A DNA stretch of 63,736 bases, counting the filler, from Reticulomyxa filosa (taxonomy: Eukaryota > Protista > Foraminifera), in NCBI GenBank assembly GCA_000512085.1. It is 13 parts of 13 records of this genome, joined end to end, with 100 filler letters (N's around TTAATTAATTAA, not from the genome) between each part and the next. Parts side by side here need not be neighbours in the genome. Positions count along the whole stretch, not along the records: positions 22,741 to 29,588 come from ASPP01005515.1; positions 29,689 to 36,839 come from ASPP01003085.1; positions 36,940 to 38,742 come from ASPP01022179.1; positions 38,843 to 40,812 come from ASPP01004469.1; 9 more parts are not named here. The stretch is one strand, 5' to 3'. Under the pieces are notes generated by a model. It did no database searches and was not told the DNA's origin. It worked only from the letters and a program-made list of their open reading frames with translations. Position 1 is the first letter of the stretch. The number at the start of each line of letters is the position of its first letter. This document shows, piece after piece, positions 27,063 through 39,535 of this stretch. The translations under genes were made by a program, and so were the position numbers.

Positions 27063-28495
27063 TCATTCAGTTCCTTTCGACAGAGCCATGATTTCTTTGC
27101 CAAATTTTCGAGCCAAGTTTTCGTGATAAAAGCCCTTTTATATAGATTGTTTTTACCCCCCCCCCCCCACACATAAAAAAAATGAGATTTAGTATAAATT
27201 GATCATAAATTGTAGTAATATGTTAGAGATTGACACACCAAGACATTGAAGAACATTTCAATGGGCCGGACTAAGACTTGAGGATTTGACACGGTTAGCA
27301 AAAAATCAACATTATCTATCAACATGAAATCCAATTGATTCTTTGGCATTCGATGTTGGAATTTGATGGACGAGTTTCGAAACAATGAATGTTCTCCAAC
27401 GATAAGCAAAGTACGACATCTTTGCATTGTGTATGACAAAGTGAAATCCAAGAAGAAACAAGCAAAATAAAAAAATAAAAAGTAATAAAATTACTTAATA
27501 TTTTTCAAATCTTGAAGGGTGATCTCTTTTCGTCGCAAATAGCCTTTGAAGTATTTCATGACATTGTCCTCATTTAATTTGGCAAATTCCTGATAAAAAG
27601 ACTGTCGTAATTCTTCACTCGTCTCGACATCGATGAGAGTGGGGAAATAGCGTGGCAGCAAAGATCCCCAAAAAATGCTTTTCACATACTCGCCCGTTTT
27701 GTTATGTTCAGTCCATTGCAGCGCCTTATCAAATGCCCACTCTTTCCACGACGCAACATCGGCAATCGGATTGATTAGAACCATGCCCCGCAGCAACGAC
27801 GGGTGTGTGTTGGCAAGTTTGGTCCACAGACTACACGAGCTCCCAATCCCAAAGGCTATCAATGCTCGTGTCTTCCAGTCGATTTTCAATTGTTTGCTTA
27901 TCAAGTCGTATATGTCATCTGACAATGACTCAAAGTCGAAGCTTTCAATCTGTGAAGGTATTTGTCTACCCTCCCCCCCCCCCAATTCACATCATCGCAC
28001 AATCGCATTCTTCTGTTTTTTCTTACGTTACACCTGCTTTTTTTTTTAACTCGGCATTGTAATGGTTGCCAGGCGGATCGATGTGCACAATCACAAAATA
28101 TTCAAATATGCTCTCATAACTTGTTACCATATTAAAAAACGGATCAAAGCACCCATGATCTAGAATTTTTTTTTTTTTTTTTTTTTTTGAGAGGGGTGGG
28201 TTAAATCGTCCCCCCGCTCCCTTGCTTCTTCTTTTTTATTCCTTTCTCACTACACTGACCCCGGTGACATACGTGTGATGCCAATGTCAGGATACGTAAG
28301 GATTATTGGGAGTTTGGACGATAGATCGCCGTGGATCGTCACTTGTTGCGTGCCGTTTTGGGTATTAAATTGTAACACTTGAGCCTCTTTCTGTTTGATG
28401 TTTCGTGCCGAGTCAACGACATCTACGTCATTTAATTTCTCGTCCGACTCCCAGGATGAAAGCAAGCTTTGTTTTTCTAGAGTTTTCTGGCTCAT
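27063..28495 (-). CDS. NDRG/Ndr-family alpha/beta-hydrolase-fold protein; 5 exons
   Basis: PIILTYPDIGITHHGCF, IVHIDPPGN, AFGIGSS, GMVLINP..ASWKEWA, CRTLLIVGEHS, LTVSNPQVLVRPIEMFFNVLGF. Confidence 0.85.
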
Positions 28496-28769
28496 ATGTG
28501 ACGTTATAGATGTTTTATTGTTCTGAAAAGCACAAAAATAGAACGAGAATGACAGGAGATTTTTGGAAGAAAACAAAAAAAAACAAACAAAAACGTCAAA
28601 TTTTTCAATTTAATGATAAAAAATGTTAAAACACGCAATTTTTGTTGATTAAATCAATCTGATTTTAAAAAACAGAAAAAAAACGTTTTAGGACGAGTGC
28701 AGCGTTTGTTTTTTTTTTTTTTTGGCGAGACTCCCTTGATTATTGAGTATAATTGTATTAATCTATAAG

Positions 28770-29450
28770 ATGTTTGGGTTGTTTGGACAACGAATGTCGA
28801 AACCATCACAAAAAAGTGAAGAGCTAATAAAATATGCAGAATTCAAGCAAAGATTAAAAAGTGAAAAGATAAAAATTACGCCAGAGCAAAGAAAGCAAGT
28901 GTTTCAAAAGAATGCAAGACAAGGCGAGATGACAGGATCGAAATGGATGGAAGTGCTAAGGGAGTTGAAGCAGCAGCAAAAGCAGCAAGAGAAGGCATTG
29001 TCATCAAAGAAGCAAGAGAAGCAGTCACGCGAGCACCCATCTGGTGACTTCCGCGACAGCAGTATTGGAGAAAAGAAAAACGTGATGGATATGGACAACA
29101 GTGATATGGTAATAGAAGAAGAAGAAGAAGAAGAAGAGCAACAGCAACAGCAACAGCAACAGCAAAGAGAACGAGAAGAAGAAAAAGAACAAACATCAAG
29201 TCCACAACCACCATCGGTGTCATTGTCTCCTCCCCCCTTTGGGGGCAAAGCCCCCCCTCCGGAGTCCAACTTGTCCAAGTTCCAAGACAAACTGTTTTGC
29301 GGGGGACGAAACACCGACTATCTTTCCAACTCATACGACGGCAACAGCAAAACGATCAACACACAAAAGCCAAAGACAAAGCAAAAGGCCCAGAGACATG
29401 CCAAAAAAAAGACGCAAAAGGAAGACCACCGAGGCGTTGCCAGTGATAAG
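28770..29450 (+). CDS. Hypothetical low-complexity protein (poly-E/poly-Q/Pro), 3'-truncated by contig end
   Basis: ORF of more than 220 codons with (GAA)n and (CAA/CAG)n coding repeats at ~29113-29163. No domain recognised. Confidence 0.55.
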
Positions 29451-29688
29451 GCATATGCCAATTACACAGTTAGCAATTTATATAAAATATGTACATACGT
29501 ATACACAACACATTTGGGGGGGGGGAAAGGAGAGGAGAGGAGAGGAGGAAAAAACACAAAACAAATAAATAAATGAACAAAATAAAACNNNNNNNNNNNN
29601 NNNNNNNNNNNNNNNNNNNNNNNNNNNNNNNNTTAATTAATTAANNNNNNNNNNNNNNNNNNNNNNNNNNNNNNNNNNNNNNNNNNNN

Positions 29689-29793
29689 AAGAGTAAAAGG
29701 AAAACACAAGAAAGGTTGTTGTGAAGAGTGGGTAAAGTTTAACCCACCGGGGGCTCATCAGCCCCTTTTACTTTATAAGAGCTTCTCCTACAC
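29689..29793 (-). repeat. Dispersed structured non-coding repeat, copy 2 (truncated by contig start)
   Basis: Reverse complement GTGTAGGAGAAGCTCTTATAAAGTAAAAGGGGCTGATGAGCCCCCGGTGGGTTAAACTTTACCCACTCTTCAC... aligns to 2903-3018. Confidence 0.6.
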
Positions 29794-30619
29794 GACCACA
29801 AACAGAATGCTAATAGAAAGTAGCGTGAGATTTGTCTCAACGGGCTACTATATCAAAAAATCTCCAAAAATTTCATAATCAAAAAAATCAAATTAAACCT
29901 ACAAAAAAAAAAGTCATTCGAATAGTTTGATGTATATATCGTCATTGATTCAGTCAGTAATATGAAATTTCTTCTTTGGTCGAGTTCGTGCTTTCTTGTA
30001 CTCAGCTGTTTGACAGTTGTTATGAAAGTCCCAAAAAAACACTAACATTCTTATGTTCGGATATTCGTCGATATTACTGCTGGACTTTCAAGCCACTAGC
30101 TTTTGAAGCTTTGGATGAAAAGATATAAAAGGATTTATTTTTTTTTAATGATATTCCAATTTAAAATTGCTTTCTAAATATTGAAATTTTTAAATAGAAT
30201 TTGTGTTGAAATTGTTGTCCGCGTCGTAAAAATTGTCCTTTTTTTATTTTTTAATATTTGATAACTGTTGTCTTTGATTTATCACTCAATCACACTTGAT
30301 GTATTAGATATACATCAGCATAATCAAAAAGAATAAAACTTAAGGGTCGTACAAAATACATTAAAAATTCAATTCGAATTTTTGGAAAAGTGATAATATT
30401 CATAATGCGTTTATTTGATCAACGACATAACATAATCAGTGTGTTCAGCGATTTATAAGTAATTTAGATGATGAAGGAAACATATAAAGCAAAAAGGTAT
30501 AACTAAAGTTGTGATAGTTATAATAACGATAAATAAATAAGTCACAAAATGAAATAAAAGCATTTTGTTGAAAAAAAAATTCTCAATACGTATACAACAA
30601 TAAATATTACGTTTGAATT

Positions 30620-30950
30620 ATTACTAATTTCAATATTATCTACAAATGGTGAATATTCAACTGTACTGGACTTGTATGTCAGTTGAACACTTGAATTTGT
30701 TGACCGTATCGATATTCAACAAACAAACACCTTTATCATATGATCCAGATTATATTGTATTTGCACAACGAATATTTTCTAATTTATTGATCTATATTTT
30801 ACACTGTTAGTACAATTTTCATGTATATGTAATACAATTTGTTGTTCTGTTGTTTCAATATCATATATTAGAATAGTTTTATCACTTATCCAGAAAAATT
30901 TTATATACATTACCCAATTACACAAATACTGTTACTTGTCTATACTGAAT
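30620..30950 (-). pseudogene. Heavily decayed WD40-family remnant
   Basis: Fragments such as TVEYSPFV, SGSYDK and DKTILIYDIETT, interrupted by stops and indels. Resembles the repeats at 56855-57800. Confidence 0.5.
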
Positions 30951-31409
30951 TCTTTTTAAGTTTTTTTCTAAAAAAAACTATCTAAAAAAAATTCTAATTT
31001 TAATTAGATTTATCGTATTGCTTGAACGAATTCAATCAATGATTTTAAAATTGAATTATCGTTTAATTTTTTTTATCAGCATATCTTACGAAGAGCTTTT
31101 GCTGTCATCCATTGTTAGAATATAATCAAAATTTAATCATATTTGACCTTGGTTGTCATTAAGTAAAAATCAATAATTTTTATTCAATAATGAAACTTGG
31201 TGATTGTATTATCATAGCGAAAAAAAAGGTAATAAATATTATTATGTCTTTTACTCAATTATTATGTAAACAAAAATAATTACTCGTTTTACTGTTCAAT
31301 CAAAAAAGTATGTAAAACTTTCAACAGTTCCGAACATATTGTATTTTATGCTTTTTAATGATACATATTTTCATTGAGAAAATTGACAAATTTATAACTT
31401 AATTTTAAA

Positions 31410-32245
31410 TCAATGTTTCATCACCATTTCATCAATTGATGATAAAACTTCTTCATTTTTAAATGAATCCAAAAACATGCAATCAAAATTCGCGAAAAAA
31501 CAATACTGATACACCAATGTTGGTATACATGGAAGGAATTTTAGTGGCTTCATTTCCTTTCCAAACAATTCTTGCAATAATTGACCATTTTCACATAAAT
31601 TCGACACGATTATTTTTACTTTTTTTTGTCATGTCGCCTTAGTAGTTCCACTATACATAGAATAGAAAAAAAAAAATGATTAAATGATTTTTTTATTTTA
31701 AGAAGAAAAAAAAATTAATCAAAGATTAAAACCTGCTTCTGCATATTTTTTCCAGGCATCAATTGTTACAAAAGGTGGGTCAATAACAAACATATCAAAT
31801 TTGTTATAATATCTCTTGTCAATCAGATCAATTTTGTTAAAGTCAAATGACACATAACCACATATATCTTCACTTGTTAATTTTATCGTATTATTTGACA
31901 AAGCAAGTGAGCTGTCGATGTCAAACAGGCAACTTTGCCTCTATACACAACATAATATATTTTAATTTTAGACAATATTATAAGATAAATATTTTTGAAT
32001 TAGCTAATGTTTTTCTTTTTTACCAAAATTTTAACATCAGTGCATGAAGAATAAACGGAAGGTGTGGAAAGGAATGCAATCCGAAAACTTTCAGTTTCAG
32101 CTTCGGTTTCAGTTACGTTAGAATAAAATTGATGATGAATCTCTTTCATCAAAATATTAATCGTATTTTCTGAATACCAATATTGATTAAAATTCTCATT
32201 TTCTTTGATTTTTGACAAAAACTTATTGTGTTGGGAAGTTTTCAT
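31410..32245 (-). CDS. EEF1AKMT1: EEF1A lysine methyltransferase 1 (N6AMT2/Efm5-like); 3 exons
   Basis: ENENFNQYWYSENTI, RIAFLSTPSVY, LFDID, FDMFVIDPPF, FLPCIPTLVYQYCFFANF. Confidence 0.85.
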
Positions 32246-32718
32246 TTTTTTTGTTGTTGTAATTTGTTACTTTCGTTTAAGTGTATGAGAACAAGTTTTT
32301 TGCGATGAATATAAATTACGTCAAAGATTAGATATCAGCTGAAACAGTGGCAAGGATGTTTCGATAATAGAAATCACGTTAAGCTAATGTAATTGATGAA
32401 ATTATTAAGTTGTTTTACTTTTCTTGACATTTTTATATTTTACATTTAAATTTATTAATTTCAACATTATTTTGCAGATTAACATTTCCGAAATGGATGT
32501 ACAAAAAGGCCTGTGTATTTGCAAAATCTTAGCTATTCCTAGAATTGCAAAAGTTTCAGGAAAGACTTACAATTAGTTATAAGGATTTGCTGGTTCATTA
32601 GAACGCTTTTTTTTAGAGAACAAAAACGCACCAGGATTCGAACTTAAAAGAATTAAATTTTGGAGTCATAACAAACTAACACCAAGTGTAAATATCAATT
32701 TTTTTTACATTTTTTAAA

Positions 32719-34807
32719 TTATTCTTTATTAAAACTGAGATCTTTCGATTGTAAATTGATTTTGTGTCTTTGCTTCTTTTCCATATCAACAGTTTTTTGG
32801 AGACAAGCCAAAAAATGCTCTGTTGTTGTTTCTGGAATTTGAATAAAGCTTGCATGACAAATGAATGGTAATTTCCTTAACTGCCGGCCACTCATTCCCT
32901 ATGATCCATTAGTTCAAACAATATTTTTTTACATCAAAAGAAAAAAATAGAGCAAATAATGTTCAAAACTTCACAGCTGGCAGCAACACGAAGCAAGGAT
33001 TGACCAATACGTAAATCTGCGTGATTGTCGTCACCAGCCAATCCATTTTCAGAGCCATTTTTAAGCTTAATTAATTTTAACAGTTGTTGAAATGGGACTA
33101 GTGCCGGCTTTTCTTTATCGCGAATAATTCCCACTCGTTCCAGCTCTTCAAGACAAGTTCGCAAAATGCGATAAACAGCTGGGGTTGTTGGCAAACCAAT
33201 ATATTGCTTGATATCCGCTCTGTCAACAAAAGCTAAGTCAATGGCTTCGCTAATGTTGGACGTTGTCAAAATGACAACGTTATTGTGTTTCCGCAGTAGA
33301 TCCAATTGTGTCAGCAATGCATTCACAACCTGTGCACAAGCAAAATGAAGCATTTATATTTTGAAATGATAAATGAAAGGCAAGGCACTCAACTCGAATC
33401 GCATCAGAAGGTTCTGTGCCTTCTAACCCTGATTTGCGTGCTGCAGCAAGACTTTCGACCTCATCTAAGTGTTTGTGATTATTGTTGTTTGGTTGTCAAC
33501 CAAGATCGATGAACCAATCAAAAAAGTATTTTTTTTTTTGCTGCATACCAATCAAGCAACACACGAGTGTGTTTTTATCTTCTAATTTTTCTTGGATGTG
33601 AGCGAATAACTTTAAGACCAACTTGCCACTCTCACTGAACCATTTGCTAAACAAGGAATGAGCATTGATTTCAATGAGCGTTGCATGTTGAAATCGGTGT
33701 GATAGCCGAATGGCAATTTTTTGTGCCAAAGCTTTGCACAAAGACGTTTTGCCGGTTCCTGGAGGCCCATGCAACAGTACCACACGGTTAAAACATATCA
33801 AACTGCTGTTTACATGTTTGTCACTAAATAGCAACGTCGTCCACATGTACGACAATAGTCTATCTTTTATATCTTCTGTTTCGTCGTCAAAGACCAAGCT
33901 ATTCAAAATGCCCCCATTTTTTAATAATATTTTTTTGTTGTAGTTATACTTCGTTTGTTGATTGGTTTGAACATGAGTGATATCTCTTCGAATTGAAAAA
34001 CGTAAAACGAAAATAAACAAAAAAAAAAAAAAAACTGTTACCTATCCCAAAGGTGCTCGAAAACAACATTTGGCAAGTCAACGCTATGTGCAGCAATGAC
34101 TTCCTCTTCATCGGCTCCATTGGACTCAATTTCGTCGTATACTTCATCGTTGTTCAGGCGGAAAACATGAATGATGACGTTGCATTCACTTGCGGAGATA
34201 TCTTCACTGTTGTTTTTCGCATTGATGCAAACTTGAATCGAACGGATATGTGGACTTATTCGCTGGCATATATTTTTTGGAATGAATCCTTCTTTGATAC
34301 GGGTCATTTGCTTAAAGAACTGATGAACCGCTATGGGATCAATTCAGACACAACACATATACATATATCATGGCAGCTTTTTTTATGAAAAGAACGAAAT
34401 TTTTGTTGACAAGTGAAAACACAGACCTTGGTGAATATCGTTTGCATTTACACGTGCTTCTGTTTCTACGGCCACTTCGACTGTGTTTTTTATTTTTTTT
34501 TTATTTAATCTTGTTGGGCGCGCCTCTTGACCTCCGAGATCAATGTTTTACAACCAATCAAAAATTAACTGTGAACAGGCAATTTGAAAGATGAGTTGGC
34601 GGGATGTGTTGCTTTGTGTCCATTAGAAACAGAAGTATGAGATTTGCTAGTTTCATTCTCCGAGTCTAATAAACAAGTCAAATCAATATCCATTTTTTGT
34701 CGTTTTTGTTTGAGTTTCGTTGGTGTGAGAGAATTTTGATCGTTTGACGTTGATTTTTGCAAATTATTGTTGTTGTCAGCTCTTGAAGACAAAAAATGGT
34801 TATCCAT
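32719..34807 (-). CDS. PCH2: Pachytene checkpoint 2 / TRIP13 AAA+ ATPase; multi-exon
   Basis: [107 protein letters not shown]. Confidence 0.95.
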
Positions 34808-36276
34808 TAAAACAGTTGTGTGTCAACTTCACCTAAAAAGTCACAAAGTACAAAATTCTAAACCTTTGTTTGAAAACTGTTTGGAAAGTTTTATTTGTCC
34901 AATAGTTATTATTTATTATTCAAAGCTATCTAAGAAATTTGATTGATATATAATACTTTATTTCTAATAAGTGATATTCTTTTAATGCCAAGAAAGAAGG
35001 TTGTTGAGCTGTTAGTTTATTTATGATTAGCAAGATGTATACAAGTGTTCTTTTTGTACCTCCTTATTTATGTGTCACAGTAAAACGTGCACTACAAGAC
35101 GGGTCGTGCACTCGAAAAGAAGTTCCAAGGATCATTTTAGCTTTCTTTTGTTCACGTTCTCAACTACTTGCTTTATTTTTGATGATTTCTTCATTTCTGT
35201 GAATTCTCACTTTTGCATTGAAATTTAGCTAAAGAGATCATTACCGTATTACACTTAAAACTCAGACTAGAGCGCGTTTTCCACAGCACAGCCAAAGAGG
35301 GGAGACATGATCTTCGCAGCAGTTTAACTAAACAAGGTTTGAATATAAATAACCGAAGCGCAGGGGTTCGTAAAGCAGTAGTTCTCACAGCTCAGGTTAA
35401 TCTTAGAAATGAAACAGATAATATAGCGTGTATAATCGAAAAGTCGCTGTGAGTGCAGTATATCTTATTGGCAGTTTTTGTGTGCTGATGTGAACACAAC
35501 AAAAAACACTTTTTTCAATAATACAATGGGACCAAACAATGTTGTTTAAAATATTAAATTGAAAGTTTTAAAGCAATAGGCAATTATGCTCTTTCAAATC
35601 AATAACAGTTTTCCACTTTTCAGTGCGTACTGGTGCAATCATCCTTTTTAAAACTTAATTGTAGGCTGACAGTTATTGATGGAAAAATTATACTCCCTTT
35701 CAAGAATATCTAATTTTTGTCTTAGTAAAATAAAAAAACTCAAGTGAATTAATTTCTTTTTAAACATTTTGGATTGAGTGCCACAATTACAAAATTAGCA
35801 AACGAGTGTCTAATCCTTGAAATATTGACAACATCTGAATGTATAGCCGGATTTTTTCCAACTGAGAAACACAAAAAAAAAAGTTTATTAAACTGTGATT
35901 AAAAAGCCAAACAATCGAGAGAGAGAGAAAAAAATCCTACCCCCCAAGGGAAGTGGTGCCATTTCTTGAAAAATTTTTGTAAACTTTGAAAAGCCTTGAT
36001 AATCAAAACATCGCTTCTAAAAAATCTTCAAATAGGCAGCTTTTTGGAAAATAAAAGTTTTGAGAGCGTTAAGCCTGAGAGGAGTGGAAAGACGTGTGTG
36101 AAGAATTGTATCGGCTCTAATTTTTTTTGCAATTGTTTTTGCGATCGGATTAAAAACAAAGAACACAAAAAAAGAAAAAACCGTTAAACAAAAAAAAAAA
36201 AAAAAAGGATGGCGTAATAACAACAAGAACAACAATTCAACAACTACAAAAAAAAAAAAAAAAAAAACAAAAAGCA

Positions 36277-36768
36277 ATGAACTCGACAAAACAACTAAAA
36301 AGTAGAAATGGCAAAATGGTCGCAGAGAAATGGTCAAACGAAGAAAGAACAAATACACAATGCAAAAGACAAGCAAAAAGGGAAGAAGGTAAACATGGAA
36401 TGAGATTATCTCCTCCAAAAATGCATTTCAAGAGGGAAGGAAAAGAAGAGTCATTGGAAGATGATTTGCAATCTTTCTTCCAATATTTGGAGGAAAGAGA
36501 GCCCACCAGTTCACAGACAATGTCAACACTCACACATGCAAAGCCCACATTCCCCGTTCGAAAGCGCCGCAATGACGACATCGAAATAAGCAGTTTTGAA
36601 TACCTTCAGTATCCAGAACTGGGGGTCTTTTCTCAGTCGTGCCAAATGCGCGGAGATGTTCCAGCCAACAAAAACACCGACACTAATGTGTCTCTTCTTA
36701 CACCAGTTAACTTTTCACCCAATCACTTGCTTGCACATGAAGACACATCACACTCGTGGAAAGAATAA
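36277..36768 (+). CDS. Hypothetical protein fragment near contig end
   Basis: 163-codon ORF with coding-like composition. No domain recognised; boundaries uncertain. Confidence 0.35.
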   Translation: MNSTKQLKSRNGKMVAEKWSNEERTNTQCKRQAKREEGKHGMRLSPPKMHFKREGKEESLEDDLQSFFQYLEEREPTSSQTMSTLTHAKPTFPVRKRRNDDIEISSFEYLQYPELGVFSQSCQMRGDVPANKNTDTNVSLLTPVNFSPNHLLAHEDTSHSWKE

Positions 36769-39535
36769 GGGGGGGGGGGGGAGGGAGGAAGGAGGACATA
36801 CATACATATATATATATATATATGTATATGTATATACATNNNNNNNNNNNNNNNNNNNNNNNNNNNNNNNNNNNNNNNNNNNNTTAATTAATTAANNNNN
36901 NNNNNNNNNNNNNNNNNNNNNNNNNNNNNNNNNNNNNNNTTTTCAATAGAAAAGGGAAATTATTTTTTCATTTAAGTTTGAATAAATAAAAAGTTGATTT
37001 GCTGTTTTATTTGAGATTGTGATAGTATTTGAATTTGATCACCATTATTTCCTTTATTTTATTTTATGTGTAGTACTTGCTTATGGACAAACTATCTCCA
37101 ATTTTGGAACTGCATGTAGTTGTCATTCAATGGCGCGATATTACGTACATTCCATAAATCGATTGTTATACGAATTTTGTACATTTTATTGTAAATAGCA
37201 GAATAACCGAGATTGTTTTGTATGTTATTGGTGTGATTATGCCGTCCAATGTTTTGTTCAATGTCATTGTATATCAGCGTTTTAAGAGGGGAAGTAATGT
37301 CGAACATACCATGCAATGCTCATTTGTTGGATCGAATTGTTTTTATGGCTATTGAAATCCGAGTGAGTTTGCCAGCGGACTATCTGTCATTCATTCCAAG
37401 TCGATCAAGGCAAAGTGTTGATTTGAGCATTCTGCAGCAATGGCGACTGAGCTACCGTCTTCAAATTCTTTCTATTCTTCTTCTTTTTCGTTTTTTTGTG
37501 TGGTGATAGAGATTCCAAAATGGATTTTTTGTTTGATATTCGGATTCTCCACAAAAAATTGCACTAGAAAATACTTTTTATTTTTTATAAATATAAAAAG
37601 TCTATTAGCATTGGAACTCGAAACAAAGTGGGTCAATTGAACAACAATATAAAACTCAATAACAAAGCAACTGTTGATGATTGAATTATATGGACTCAAT
37701 GATATCGTTTTTGGAATATTTGATCAAATAGGAATCAATTGTATGTGATCAAAGGAGACAGAGGAATAATTTTTTTGAAATCTTTACAATTAAAAAAGAA
37801 TGAAAAGAAGAGAAAAATCAATGGTGATATTGATTGTTGTATTAATTTATGTTAAGGTTCACGTGGGGGTTTTATCTGTATCTGTGGATATTGAAGATAT
37901 CTTGTTGTATGATCAGTTTTTCATTTACACTCTTAATCACCGTGTTGAATCTTCACTTTTAAAATTGAATTTGATAATAAAATGTATTAAACAAGCTGTT
38001 GAGACAAAAATCATACAATTGTGGTGTATTATTCAAATTCAAATACTTAAGCTTAAACAAACAAAATACATTAATGTCAAAATAAAATCAAATTTCTTAT
38101 CAATTTCTTTGAAACCTTTAATAAGTTTTGGAAACTTGGACTTATAAAATCGAGAAAAATGGGCTCGTTCTGTTGAATTAAGATAAAATTGAAATATGTT
38201 TGATTAGTGTATGCATAACGACGATGAAATGCTCATGTTTGAATAGTGTATATATTTGCTTTGTAATAAGTGCCTGTTCCAATTTATACCTTTCCATATA
38301 AAACTTTCAATTGTTTCCAGAGTAAGTTCGTCAATTCTGAGTGATTGGGAATATGTGGTGATTATTTATTCAATACATTTGACATAATATCACCTTTTAC
38401 TTTGTTTGCACTTCCACGCATTGTATATTTGTTTGAATTGGATGACATAGTCAAAACTTTAAAATCAGTAACAAATTTATCTAAAAAAAAAAATAATTTA
38501 TTATTATCAATACAATATAAACGTTTCGCACTTTCTTTGCAATCACTATCTCTAATTTGGTTACACTTCTAATATCCTTTAAACCGTTCATTATTTTGAA
38601 CTTTTAAATTGTTCCATTGAAAAATAAAACTAAATATAGATTTATCAAATCATTTTCATTCCTTAAATGAAACATATTCACTGAAACTGTTCTCACAATG
38701 GATTATTCACTATCCAATATTTTACATAAACTTAAACAAAACNNNNNNNNNNNNNNNNNNNNNNNNNNNNNNNNNNNNNNNNNNNNTTAATTAATTAANN
38801 NNNNNNNNNNNNNNNNNNNNNNNNNNNNNNNNNNNNNNNNNNTATCTTTTTTATCAAAATTTAATCTTATGTATTGCCGTCGTTATAATGTGCATATATA
38901 AATGTCAGAACTTGTTGGTAATTTTGGGAAGAGAAATAACAATTTCATTATTGCAGAATATGAGAGACACCCTACGTTGATTTTTGCATCTGGTGTTGTC
39001 TCTGTTTTTTAACAAAAAACCTACGACTTTGTATATTTTTTCTGTATCAAAAGACATTCTTTGTAACTATGACAGTGAGCAAATTTAAAACAATAACTCC
39101 TAAAGACAAACCAAACAATACGCTATGACAATCTGAATAAAAAATTTGGAGCCGAAGACTAAACATGATGTAAATTGGTCACCCTAAGTTAGAACATGGA
39201 GAATTTTTTTGTCCATCTTTTAAGAGATATTTTATTTTGTTCTTTAAGAAAAACAAGAATATCAATTAACACGTGGAAAAGAGTATGTGAATCTTTTTCA
39301 AGTGAGCGGAAGCCACATGTGTTTTTCAGCCTAACAAGAGCAATCTCTGGCAAGGGAATGTGATCAGGAAGAGTGTCAAGAAATGCAAGCATAAAAAAAG
39401 GAAGGAACAAGAACTATCATTACAACAAAGAATAGCATTTTATGGCACAAGCAAAGATTGCTTAAAGTGTATTTCTTTGTGTTGTTTTGTGGTGTTTTTG
39501 TTTTGTTTTTGTTTTTTTGTTGTTTTTTTTTTTTT

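Noticed and set aside
22821-34807. EXO1 and PCH2 proximity as a meiotic gene cluster
   Set aside because: They lie on different contigs separated by an artificial spacer.
36800-36839. (TA)n/(CA)n microsatellites and long A/T runs at contig ends
   Set aside because: Ordinary intronic simple repeats that explain the assembly breaks; not telomeric.
36940-38742. Coding-like minus-strand fragments across this short contig
   Set aside because: Many stops and no recognisable motif. Possibly a decayed gene, but no call can be supported.
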